This document shows positions 27,670 to 39,100 of a DNA stretch of 64,000 nt, in pieces; within the stretch, counting starts at the first letter, position 1; each line of letters starts with the position of its first letter. The notes below the pieces were generated by a model. It did no database searches. It worked only from the letters and a program-made list of their open reading frames with translations, and had not been told where the DNA came from. This stretch comes from a virus. The DNA is taken from positions 1 to 64,000 of IMG/VR virus record IMGVR_UViG_3300024327_000003. The stretch is one strand, 5' to 3'. Position numbers and translations under genes: made by a program.

Positions 27670-30429
27670 ATGGGCTTTATATCTAGTATTTTTACAGCCG
27701 TTATTACGATTGTTGTCGCGGTTATAATATTCATTGTTGATGCTGTTGTCGCAATAGTAGAAGCAATTGTTCAATTAATCATGATACTCCTCGGTTGGGA
27801 GCCAGAAGGCCAAACCGTGGAGTATTTTGAAGTACGTAACATCCCACTCTTCGAAGATACTGATAGGCAAAATCCTCTATTAAGCGCAATTCTTTCCAGT
27901 ATTTTAAATAATACAGATCTCTCTACAGGTATTGTTTACTCTCAGACATTTACAAGTCTCAAAGGAGATTTTCGTGACTTCATGGCATTTATTGATGATG
28001 GAGATTATTTTGAATCATTTCCTACAGTAGAATCTTTTATCTTAATCCCAGATTATGATGAAGTAAATGCGGCATTGCTAACTCTTACTGGGGTTACTTG
28101 CACGGCAGAATCAATTCGATTAAATGCGTTAACTTTTATAGATTGGATTAAATATTGGCTTCAAGAAAATAAAGATTATGATGTTGGAGAAAATAGATTA
28201 GGATTAGAATTTACAGAAGATTTTACTGCTCCTGCTACCCCAGCAGCCACTACTAATACTTTTTTACATACGCTAACTATTACAGATGAAGTAGCCACAG
28301 AAGATACAATGCAAGTCAATGCAGAAACCCCTGTTAGTACTTCTCCAATTACGCCTGCAGCCACAGTAGTTGTTAAGACAATTGCATTAACTACAGCAGA
28401 TGAAGCAGCTACTGAAGACGAAATGACTGTAGAATCCCGGTGGCAAGTAGATTTTAGCGAGATTACTTATAACTCCGGTCCTGATGATTACACGATTGAT
28501 GTTTTTAATGATGATGGGGATACGGCTACTCTTGGGTATACAGCACCTGCTATTCCTACTCAATTGCATTATATCGTACTTTACTACAAGAATAGTGACC
28601 CAACTCGACAATACATATTTATATATCAAGTAGGTGAAGGTACATATGTTGATTTAGATACTGTTGAGACTCCTATCGATATTGCCGGCAATACGCTACA
28701 AACAGTACCCGCTATTCCTCTTCGAATCAGCAATTCTAATTACACTACTTTTGGTGCATCCAAAGAAGCAGCGATCGATGATATATGTGACTTAGTTAAT
28801 TTAGATGCAGAAGCTATTCTTGATGAAGTTTTAAATGACCCGGATGCAGATCCTGGAGATATAGATAACGTTTATATTAATTTTGGAATCCGGTTGAGAG
28901 ATACTTCTCAGGTAGGCATAACATATTTATTTAATATGTTTGAGAACTTGTTTCCATCACAGGGTACAACTCAAGCTGATTATGATGCTGCTTCTCCTGG
29001 AGACGATAAACCTCAGAATAATATCATTACGGAAACAGATGACAATAAACTGGTTTTCCAGTGGTCTTATATTACGTTCGAACACACTACTTTAGCAGCA
29101 ATTGATGCTGCCCCGGGTAGCGATGAATACGCAGTATATTATTCAGATGCATCGAAATTCAATGCCTCTAATCTCCTAGTTTCCCCTTACTACATTTCTT
29201 CAGCTAAAACTACGTACAATGTAGGTTTTAAAGCAGGTACATTAACTGAAGTAGCAGATTTCTTAACAGGTAGCGGAACAGTTAATTCAGGTACTGTATC
29301 TGCTGAAGCTACTAATTGGCTACAAGTAACTGAAAGGCTTAGCTATAATAACCCTACTCCTGTATTAAAAGATCCAGATAATACCACCAGTGCTTTATTA
29401 TTTTTAACTCCAGATCAGGTATACGAGAATAACGGATCCGGAGTATTACGATTAGTGAATTCAGCAGCTGAAGAAACTACCGTAGGGCAAGCAATTACCT
29501 ATTACTGCGCTGATGAGGACGGATTAGACGCCTATACTGTTGTCGCACCTATTGCTGCCATGAGAGTAATTGATGGGGACTCAGGCGTGTTCAGGACCGT
29601 TAAATTCAATCTGGGAGATGAGCTGGATTTAATGGCTCCAATGATCCATACTTTTGTTAAAGATCTGCCCAATTTTGCTGTTACCGAAGTATTCTTAGAT
29701 GGAGCTCATGTTTCTATCTATATAGCTCATTATGAAGTTATTCAGCCGGCTAGCATGAGTTTTCTTACGGCATTAGTTCTGCTTATAATTATTATAGTTA
29801 TAATTTATTTTGCTTGGGCAGCAGCTCCAGAATTAATAGCAGGAATTCAAGGAACATTCAGTGCCCTGGTTGCAGGCCAAGTTACGCTACTTCAAGTACT
29901 TCAAGCAGCTATTGTGCCTTTACTGAAGAAATTATTAATCAATTTTGCTGTTCAATTAATTATTACAGAAGTAGCTAAAGAAAATGAAGAATTAGCTCTA
30001 ATATTGTCTGTAGCAGCCATTTGGTATTTTGCTGAAGGCAGTGGTGTAGAGGGACAATTTACCAATATTGACTTTGCTGGATATGCTCTAGATGTCTTAA
30101 ATTCATATAATACTGTGCAGGAAGTAGCAATCCAAGAAGATTATCAAAAGCTCGAAGAAGAGATAAACGAGCATGAGAAGTGGTTTAGAGATCAATTAGA
30201 TGCTCTAGCCGCAATAGACGAAAGCATTGCTGTAGGATATGAGCGTATTAAACGGCCAGAACAAACCGGATCATTAAACCTATTTGCTAGTAGACTTCAA
30301 CATAGCGGAAGGTATATGAGCTCGGAAGCTTATATTGACCTGGCTACGAGTTATAATACTCTTGACCCTTTAATGTATGATTATGATAAGAAAATGTTAA
30401 CTCAGATAACAAATATAGCGCCTATATAA
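27670..30429 (+). CDS. N4 gp53-like virion protein with N- and C-terminal hydrophobic segments
   Basis: synteny; PAIPLR, YINFG; TM-like stretches. Confidence 0.75.
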   Translation: MGFISSIFTAVITIVVAVIIFIVDAVVAIVEAIVQLIMILLGWEPEGQTVEYFEVRNIPLFEDTDRQNPLLSAILSSILNNTDLSTGIVYSQTFTSLKGDFRDFMAFIDDGDYFESFPTVESFILIPDYDEVNAALLTLTGVTCTAESIRLNALTFIDWIKYWLQENKDYDVGENRLGLEFTEDFTAPATPAATTNTFLHTLTITDEVATEDTMQVNAETPVSTSPITPAATVVVKTIALTTADEAATEDEMTVESRWQVDFSEITYNSGPDDYTIDVFNDDGDTATLGYTAPAIPTQLHYIVLYYKNSDPTRQYIFIYQVGEGTYVDLDTVETPIDIAGNTLQTVPAIPLRISNSNYTTFGASKEAAIDDICDLVNLDAEAILDEVLNDPDADPGDIDNVYINFGIRLRDTSQVGITYLFNMFENLFPSQGTTQADYDAASPGDDKPQNNIITETDDNKLVFQWSYITFEHTTLAAIDAAPGSDEYAVYYSDASKFNASNLLVSPYYISSAKTTYNVGFKAGTLTEVADFLTGSGTVNSGTVSAEATNWLQVTERLSYNNPTPVLKDPDNTTSALLFLTPDQVYENNGSGVLRLVNSAAEETTVGQAITYYCADEDGLDAYTVVAPIAAMRVIDGDSGVFRTVKFNLGDELDLMAPMIHTFVKDLPNFAVTEVFLDGAHVSIYIAHYEVIQPASMSFLTALVLLIIIIVIIYFAWAAAPELIAGIQGTFSALVAGQVTLLQVLQAAIVPLLKKLLINFAVQLIITEVAKENEELALILSVAAIWYFAEGSGVEGQFTNIDFAGYALDVLNSYNTVQEVAIQEDYQKLEEEINEHEKWFRDQLDALAAIDESIAVGYERIKRPEQTGSLNLFASRLQHSGRYMSSEAYIDLATSYNTLDPLMYDYDKKMLTQITNIAPI

Positions 30430-30432
30430 AAA

Positions 30433-30461
30433 TAGACAATTATGTTAAATACCAGTAAGAT
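30433..30461 (+). promoter_or_regulatory. sigma70-like promoter for ejected-protein genes
   Basis: TAGACA-N17-TAAGAT. Confidence 0.45.
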
Positions 30462-30488
30462 ACGTTAACTTAATTTTGAGGAAAGAAC

Positions 30489-31085
30489 ATGCCACATACT
30501 GGATACGAAAGCAAATTTCCAAATAACAATAGTCGAAATGGAATAATTGCTCCATACAATGGGCATAATAGAGATCTTGGGCAGTCTGCTTTGCCCTTTC
30601 AAACACCAAATACTGGTCCAGATTTGCAGGAAAAGATAAGAAGACTTAAAGGCTATTCTGTGCCAGGTGATACTCCTAAACTAAGCAGTGTTACTGATCA
30701 GTTTAAGTCATTTAAACTTGGTGATGATTTTCAATTCGGACCAAAAGGGCAAGGCGAACTAGTTAATAGTAATTTTAGTAATAGGGGCAATTTTACTGGT
30801 CTTAGTGATGACAGTTCCTTTTTTAATTTCGATAATCTTGGTTTAGGTCTAAAAGGGTTAGATTTTCTTAAAGATGCCTATGGGCTATCTCTGCAAAAAG
30901 ATCAGCTTGCTCTTAATAAACAAGCGCTCGAAGATAATCGAGCTGTAAATACTTCTAATATAGCAGCCCGGGCAGAAGATCAAAGAGTTCAGAAACGATT
31001 GATCAATAATCAAATTCTTGCAGATAATAACTTTAAATCTATTGGTAAGCGAGCAGGTGGGTATGTGCTCAATGAAACCATTTAA
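30489..31085 (+). CDS. N4 gp52-like ejected protein
   Basis: synteny; GLGLKGL..YG..LQKDQL; no Cys seen. Confidence 0.6.
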   Translation: MPHTGYESKFPNNNSRNGIIAPYNGHNRDLGQSALPFQTPNTGPDLQEKIRRLKGYSVPGDTPKLSSVTDQFKSFKLGDDFQFGPKGQGELVNSNFSNRGNFTGLSDDSSFFNFDNLGLGLKGLDFLKDAYGLSLQKDQLALNKQALEDNRAVNTSNIAARAEDQRVQKRLINNQILADNNFKSIGKRAGGYVLNETI

Positions 31086-31098
31086 GTAGAGGCGTATC

Positions 31099-33168
31099 AT
31101 GGCTAAAGTGATTGATTACCAGAGAGCTCACCAAATAAGAGCGGCTGATAGTTCAGGTATTTTAAATAACATACGCAATACCAATAAAGATATTATTGCC
31201 AGTCTTGGCGGTATGGTTAATACCGGCGAAGAGGCATTAGAAGATTATGTTACTAACGCTACAGATAAATTCCAAGTACAAGCCGCTCAGTTAAAAACTG
31301 ATGAAGCACGGAAAGCTCTGTTAGCTAATAGCGATCAATCGTTTTTAGATCTCGATGATATTAGCAAAGGATTTGTTGATGCTCAAAATCAAGATTTTAG
31401 AGTATCGGCCGAAGGCCGTGCAGTAGCAGCTGAGGGTCGAGCTGTAACAGCAGACGAACGAGATATCCTACAAGACGCAGTAACTCTCGATACCACTAAA
31501 GAAGCATTACGGCACAGCAAAGAAATCAATCCTGTTTCTTTAGATCAAGCAATACAGTCATTAGATGCCAGTAAAAAAGAAGCAGCACATCTTGAAGCTC
31601 TCCGTCCTGGAGCATTAATTAAACAAGGTCAAGAAATTACCAAAAACAGTTTAGATACGTTTGGTCAATTACAAGATATAGATTTAGCTGAAAAAATAAA
31701 TCCACTCAAAGTAGAAGGAGAACAGTACAAAACTAAATCTGCTAAATATCAATCAATCTCAGATAAACGAGGCCTTAAATATAAACGAGAAGAGCACGAA
31801 GCTCTGAAGCAAGATGCTATAAATAAGCAACGTATCTTTGAACAAGAATCTCAGGCTTTAAGTGATGCAAGAAAGCGAGCTCAAACTAAAGATGAGCAGG
31901 ACAAAATTGATAACGCTCAAAAAAATTTAGAGACTAAACGTATAAACGATGAATACGATAATAACGTTGCTTATAAAGCTCTCAAATTAGCAAACGATCA
32001 GGCAAGAGAAGAAAATGTGCGTAAAGATCGAACAGATAAAATAGCTGTTCAAGATAGCATAGCTGCTTTTCAGCCTAGTGGTAATTTAGATAACGATATT
32101 GCCGCATATGATGTCTTAAGACAGGGCGCTATTGACGGAAGAATGTCTGAAGAAAACAAAGCATTACTTAAACCTATCGAAGATAGATTAGTAGATCGAT
32201 ATTCTACTGATATTGATGCTAGGTTAGAGCGTCTTACTGGCGAATCTACTTCTACACTTAAGGAAAACGCATACACATTTGACTTATATAAACAATTGCG
32301 CGATGGAATTGTTGGAAATTTAGGACAACCAAGTAAATTTCATTGGATGACTGAATCTCAATTAGAAACAATTGCTGATAAAGCTATCAATGATAATAAT
32401 CCTGCGAAAATAAAATTTCGTCGAGTTACTCAAGCACTTGAACTTAAAAATAAATTAGAAGCCAGATCTAGAGAAACAGTTGCAAAGAAATATGATTTAA
32501 ACCAAGAAGATATTGAAACACTAAATCGTGATCCTGAAGCCAGTATTTATGATCGTGTACAGACTCGGTTGAAAGATGTTGATTGGGATAAAGAAAATAT
32601 TCGAGCATTGCGAAACAGCATTTCTAATACGTTTATAAAACTACGCAAGGCACTACCTGGATTATCACTTGAAGGACAAGAACAATTAAATTTAGGTGTA
32701 TTAGATTTGTATGCAAAAGCTAATTTTAATCAGGATTATATTCCTTATAATCATAATGATTTTTCATTAGCTGACGATAAAGAAACAGATATTTCTGATC
32801 GAGAAATTCCTGCATTATTTCAAGTTATACAAAGAAGTTTTGGTAAAAAGACAGATTTAGGAGATGCAATTGCTGCAATAGATGCTGCAACTGCTGAAGC
32901 TAATAAGAAGAAAAGTCAGCTAGAGAAAAGTGCTGAAAAAGTAACTCCGAAGGGATTAACAAAAGAAGAATACAGAGCTAAAAAGAAAGCTAATTTAAAA
33001 AAATATGAACAAAATCTTAAAAATGCATTAAGTCCTGATCCAGAAGCAGTAGCTAAATTAGAAGCAGCAATTGCTGCTCTAGATCCTAATGATCCTAAGG
33101 ACGCTATACAATTAAAACGATATAACCGAGTTAATGATGTTAAAAAATTCTTTGGATTTGGGAAATAA
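31099..33168 (+). CDS. N4 gp51-like ejected virion protein
   Basis: synteny before vRNAP; helical; no Cys seen. Confidence 0.65.
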   Translation: MAKVIDYQRAHQIRAADSSGILNNIRNTNKDIIASLGGMVNTGEEALEDYVTNATDKFQVQAAQLKTDEARKALLANSDQSFLDLDDISKGFVDAQNQDFRVSAEGRAVAAEGRAVTADERDILQDAVTLDTTKEALRHSKEINPVSLDQAIQSLDASKKEAAHLEALRPGALIKQGQEITKNSLDTFGQLQDIDLAEKINPLKVEGEQYKTKSAKYQSISDKRGLKYKREEHEALKQDAINKQRIFEQESQALSDARKRAQTKDEQDKIDNAQKNLETKRINDEYDNNVAYKALKLANDQAREENVRKDRTDKIAVQDSIAAFQPSGNLDNDIAAYDVLRQGAIDGRMSEENKALLKPIEDRLVDRYSTDIDARLERLTGESTSTLKENAYTFDLYKQLRDGIVGNLGQPSKFHWMTESQLETIADKAINDNNPAKIKFRRVTQALELKNKLEARSRETVAKKYDLNQEDIETLNRDPEASIYDRVQTRLKDVDWDKENIRALRNSISNTFIKLRKALPGLSLEGQEQLNLGVLDLYAKANFNQDYIPYNHNDFSLADDKETDISDREIPALFQVIQRSFGKKTDLGDAIAAIDAATAEANKKKSQLEKSAEKVTPKGLTKEEYRAKKKANLKKYEQNLKNALSPDPEAVAKLEAAIAALDPNDPKDAIQLKRYNRVNDVKKFFGFGK

Positions 33169-36100
33169 TGAATTTTGATGAACGTCTTTTAGCTGTTCGA
33201 GATCAAGTATTATCAAAAAAAGCTGAAACAGCTACGCTTGTTGCTGATGCTAAAAATTCCTTTTTACCATCTTCTCAGCTTGCTGATGCAGATTTGTTCA
33301 GACAAACTGCGCAAGATGTCGATACTGATCTATTCAGAGAAGTTACTCCTGGTAGTACAGAGATATTTAAAGAAGTTGGTGAAGAGGCTACCAGTCTTAA
33401 AGCCAATTCCCCAATTGTATCTCAAGAAGGGCCTATATCTTTACATGAAGACGGCACCTATTCAGTAACCACTGCTGAAGGTGTATTCATTCCCGGGTTA
33501 ACTGAATTAAATGCCCGAGAATTTGCTGGATATAATCAAGAAAATGCCAGAGCTGTAAAAGCAGGAGCCCCTACAGATTTCTTAGGTACCAAAGCAAATG
33601 CTATTGTTCAGACCACTATCGATCTGGGAGCACAAGCTGCCTCAGCGTTTACTACAGATCCTGAAAATCTTAAAGCAATTAAAGACTTCTCTGCGAACCT
33701 TAAAACTAAAGTTCCAGTTAATCGTAAAGAACAAGTAGCTGCCCATACAGCTTTCACCACGATTGCTAAAAATAGTGGTAATTGGGAAGCTACTAAGAAT
33801 GCTTTATTTAACGATCTAGGTACTCTTATCTCACAGGGCATAGACAGTGTTCCCTACATGGTGGCATTCACCATAGGAGGACCTGTAGCCCAGACAGCTA
33901 TTCTTACCTCTTTAGCTATTGGTAAGGGTAATCAGGCCATTGAAGAATTCACCGAAAAGAACGGTCGCAGGCCTACTGAGAAAGAAGCTACTCGTATTAA
34001 ATTATGGTCAGCTGTTGGTACTGTTGCTGAGAAATACGGTGATATGGCAGCTGTTAAAGCTATCCCGGGTCGACTGGCTTGGATTAAGCAAGTTCAGAAG
34101 ACTGTCAAAGAAGTCACCCCACCCAGTATTCTTAGCTTAACTGTACTTCGACCAGCAAGAGGACTTGCCGGTGAAGGATTATCTGGAGGTATTACCTCTG
34201 CTACCGAACAATTAGCTGCTGAAGGTGAGATCACAGATACTGCAGCTATCACATACGATGCTCTGGCAGAAGCTGCTGGTACTCCTGGAGGAGTTGCCAC
34301 TATCGTTGCTGGTCTCACCGGTGTACATGCAAGTATTAAACTAACCGAAAGATTAGCTGATGCTGCTATCAGTCCTTCCAGTAAAACCAAAATTAAAGAA
34401 TCAATAGAGAAAGAGATTGCAGGTATTAAGGCAATTTTAGCAGGACAAGAAACTATAAAATTTGGTAATACAGAAGAAGGCGACAAATACATTAAAAAAT
34501 TAGCAGAGATAGAAGTAACTCTTGCGGCAGCAAATATTGATATTGATGGAAATTTTGATAAAGAAAAGGCTGATACTGAAAACGCAATATTTAATGGAAT
34601 GTACATGGCATATAAAGAAGCCAATCCATTAAGCAGTAATGAGGAAGCTAATGTTGAAACTAGAAAACAACTTCGAAAAGAAATTGCTGCATTAGAAGCT
34701 CATAAAAAAGAAGTAACAGAAAAACTAGATACTCCTCTTTCTGGTGACGAAACTGTAGATCATATTAAGGAATTAGAAGATACCAAAGTTTTTTTAGAAG
34801 GTCTTCTTGAGAAAGGTGACTTTTCTGACAAGACCATAACAAAGGATTTAAAAGACGCTAAAGAAACTATTAAACCTAGTAAAGAAAATACTGAGATTGA
34901 AGATGATGAATTCAACACTATTATCAAAGACGCTAATAAATCTACTACTCAAAAAACTATAGAGAGTTTAACTAAAGTAAGTAAACGCGTATTGTCTGCT
35001 TCTCAAAAAGCAGCATTGGTTATTAGCAATAATAAACTAATTAAAAAATTAACAGATAAAGTTGGAACAGTATTAGATGTTGTAGATAAAGTAAGTTTCT
35101 TTGGCAGCATAGGCCCAACTATTGCTGAAATTCAAACAGCTATTGATACTGCTAAAAATGATCATGATAGGGTACTTCTACAAGCTCAATTAGATGCTCT
35201 CAAAATAGAAGAGCAGTTAGATACAAAGTCTGTTGATAAAACCATGGCAGAAGTTCATGACGAAGTAGAAGAGGGCACATCTCAGAGATGGAGAGGCATA
35301 AAGAGCTATCAAGACGAGATATTAGATATTATTAATAGCGACATGCATTACCAATTAGCTCAGCAAAAGATTACAGTCCTTGAGCAACGATTGAAAGTGC
35401 ATGCAGATAATCTACAAAATAAAGCAGATAAATTTGCTGAAGCACATAAGCTAGCTCTTGCAGATCCCCAAGGACGTTCGATCCGTGTAGTTAGTCGGAG
35501 TGATAAAAAGGCTCGAGGCGAACGGGCTGTACGTTATGAAATTCCTAAGGGAGATGATAAATACGTTACTGAGAAAAACAAGAAAGCACCATTTACTACT
35601 ATTATTCATAAAAAGTCTAATACCTTAATTACTGTAGTTACTAAAGAAGCCTCTTATGGACAGTTAACAACCCAAGTAGTAAAAGGGCATAAGACTACTT
35701 CTTTTCATAAAAATGCTCAGCAACTCAAAAGAGATAAAGCTAATGCTGCTGCACAATTAGCAAAAGCAAAGTCTATAGAAGGCAATATTAAAACAGTAGC
35801 TGACCCTGCTACTCAAAAAGATATAAATAAGTTAAAGAATCCAGAAGGCAAAACCTCTCCCAAAGCTGACCCGGTGGAGGCGTCGGCGCAGCCAGAGCCG
35901 ACACAGGGCAGCGATAAAACAACTAAATCTGATGTCTTTCATTCCAATTCACCTGGAGTTAAACGAGCATTTGATATATTTGACATAGAAAAACTTCAAG
36001 AACAAATTAAAAGATTAGAAAAAATATTAGCTAACCCTGAAACAATTAAAGCTAATAGCGAACATACAGCAGCTGAACGTATTGCTCAGGCTAAATTAAA

Positions 36101-39100
36101 TCTTGAAGCAGCAAAAATACAATTAGAGTATTTACAAGAAGGTCAAGAAAAAGGGTTAGCTTCTCCAGAAAGTATACGATTTATAGTAGTAAAGACAGAT
36201 CAATTAAAAGCACAATTAGCTAAACTTAAATCAGGTACAAAAGCACACACTGCAAAAGCAGCTGAATTAAAAGAAGCGAATGATGCATTAACTGCTTTAA
36301 TTGATAAAGATGTAGAAACTGAATTAGATCTTAAGGAAGAAGAAAATGCTAAAAAATCAAAAACAGGAACTACGGGACAAGCTCCAGGATCTGGGAAAGA
36401 AACTTCGTCTACTACGGTTCCTCCTAAACGTTCTGGACAAAACAGGAATAATGAACGAGGAAAGCCCCAAGCAGCTCCAACCAAAAAGAAAAAGGTTCCA
36501 TCAGATTCTCCAATTAAAGTAGGAGATAAAGTTCAATGGACTTTACGGGGTGTAGATCAATTTAAAGAACCTACTACTGTATTAAAGATTTACCCGCTAA
36601 CTCCAGACGGTTTTACTTATGTAAAACTTGAAGGAACTAATACGGGTGCACTAATTACAGAATTAACTGTTGTTGATTCTACTAAACAGACAATTCCTAA
36701 AACATTTGAATTTACTAAAGATGAATCATTTGCTTTAGCAGATCCTGAGAATGGATATTCTCCAGAAGATATTCAACGATTACTGGATGATCCTGTATTT
36801 GCAGCAGAAGCTTTAGCTGAAGCGAAGCCTACCCCGTTAACTGCCGAAGAACAAGCAGCAGAAGATTTAGAGCGAGAAGAAAATGATGATTTTGGTATTA
36901 CTGAAGATTTTGCCGATGGTGGAGATACAGTTAAAATAGTTGCTGCCCTAGAGCGATTACAAGCATCTAGACAAGCTCCTTCAACCAATAAACTTACTAA
37001 AACGCTACTAAAAGGATTTAAAACTACAGACGTAGCTTTACAGTGGTTAATCGATAATGCAGTTAATCCAGAATTTAAAGGGGTAGCAAAACAACTATTA
37101 GGTACAGTTGGTAAACTAGAAGTTAGATTTAGCGAAAAAAGACCTGATAGTGCACTTGGATCTACTATAGTTACTGTAGATGGAGTGGAAGTACAAAGAG
37201 ATATAGAACCTACTGGCACAAGTACGTCTGTTACAGAATTTATTGGTATTGTCATTTATGCTAATGCTTTAGATAATAAAGTGCTTACTACAGAAGAAGT
37301 ATTATTACATGAACTTATTCATGTAGCTGTGCGGAATACTTTTACAAACCCCATAACTAAAGCACAAAAAGCAGCTGTTAAAGAGTTACACAAAATAAAT
37401 AGTTTATTGCGTGTTGAATTTGATGCTATAGAACATGGTGGTAGAGATCCTGAACGGGCATTTGGCGGAAAATTAACAAAAAAAGAAATTAATATTTTAG
37501 AAAAATTAGTAAATCAAACTCCAGAAGAATTTATTACATATGGATTGACGAATAAACTTTATCAAAATATCCTAAAGAAACTTCCTCCCCAGTATGAATA
37601 TGGTGAAACACCGAAGAATAAGCCTTCATCTTTATGGTCACAGTTTGTTAGTGTCGTACGTATTGTTCTCAATATCCCAGAACATCAGCATACTTTATTA
37701 ACTCAGATACTAGAAGCTAGCTCTGACCTAATACTAATTGCTGATGTAATTATTCCTTCTAATGAAAGTTTTGAAGACGTCGATCTTGATGCAATATTTG
37801 GTGCCGAAGGTAACTTTGGTGATTTCGAAAATGAATTTGCTGGTGAGAGTGCAGAAGAGCAAACACCTAAAGAGTTTTTAGAGGCAGATGCTAACAGGGA
37901 GCAGACTGCGGAAATAGAAGAAATAGATGATCTAGCTCCTTCCGATGTAACCGATCGATTTATACCTATTGAAGAGCTAAGCAAACAAGCTCTGTATCTG
38001 GTATTCCCAGAAGTCATTACCAGAAATGGGAAACTAAAAATAAAAGAGCAGGCTAATTTAACTGGACCGCAGAGAAAACAATTTGGATTAATACTAAATC
38101 AATTGGCCAGCTTATTTGATCTGGATGTAATTAAGAATAGGAAAAAAGATTTCCCAGCGTTATTAGATGCACTTAAAGATCTCGGTGATACCAAGAACTT
38201 TATTGAAGTAACTAAAGATACATTGCCTATTGTTATTACCGATGAGCAATTAACTGAGAATAAAACTAAAGCCCTCCCGGGTAGAAAACGTGCAGCTCAA
38301 AAGAAGGGCGAAAAAGCTCCAACATTAGAAGAACTAAAAGCAGATAGCGGAGATAGCGCCTTAGGTATTTTAAGTAAGAAGTTCGCTGAACTAGTTCAGG
38401 TGCGTGTAAATAAGAAAGGCAAAGAAGCTACTGGCATATTTGCTCTTCCTGATGTTGTCTTTAAAAGTGACGCAATGCTACAAAGAGCCTTAATCACATT
38501 AGGCTTAAGTAGACCTGCAGCTGTTCAGATGACCATCGAATATAATAGGTTCGCTAAAAAGTATCAGGACATTAAACTTACTGAAACCTTCTCTACCGGA
38601 ATTCCTGCTGCTAGAAAGCCACTATCTTTACTCCACCGAGGAGAAGAAGGATTACCTCCACAAATCATATTTGCAATGGCTATAGGCTCAATGCAGATGA
38701 TTAGTAGGAATCCTACTAATATAGCGTTTAGAAGTGGCTTTGCTAAATCAGAATTTTTATATAATACATACACTGATTTAACCGGAGAAGAGAGTGAGCA
38801 ACTTGATGAAGTAGGCTCCGGGTATAACAACACGGCAGAATCTACAGGTAAAAGCATTGCTGCTTTACTGAAGATAACTTCGGTCGATGTAGAGACCTCA
38901 GGTTACTTCGATCATTTAGAGATTGCTTTAGGACTAGCAGCTATACAAATAGAGCACGGTCCCAGCACTAAACTTAATAAATTAACTTTTGAAGAAAGAT
39001 CCAAATTACCAGATTCTCGCTATCATGTAGCGTCCCATATCTGGAATTTTAAACAAGTTCCTTATAATGCAGATCGTAAATTCAATAGCAAGATAACTCA

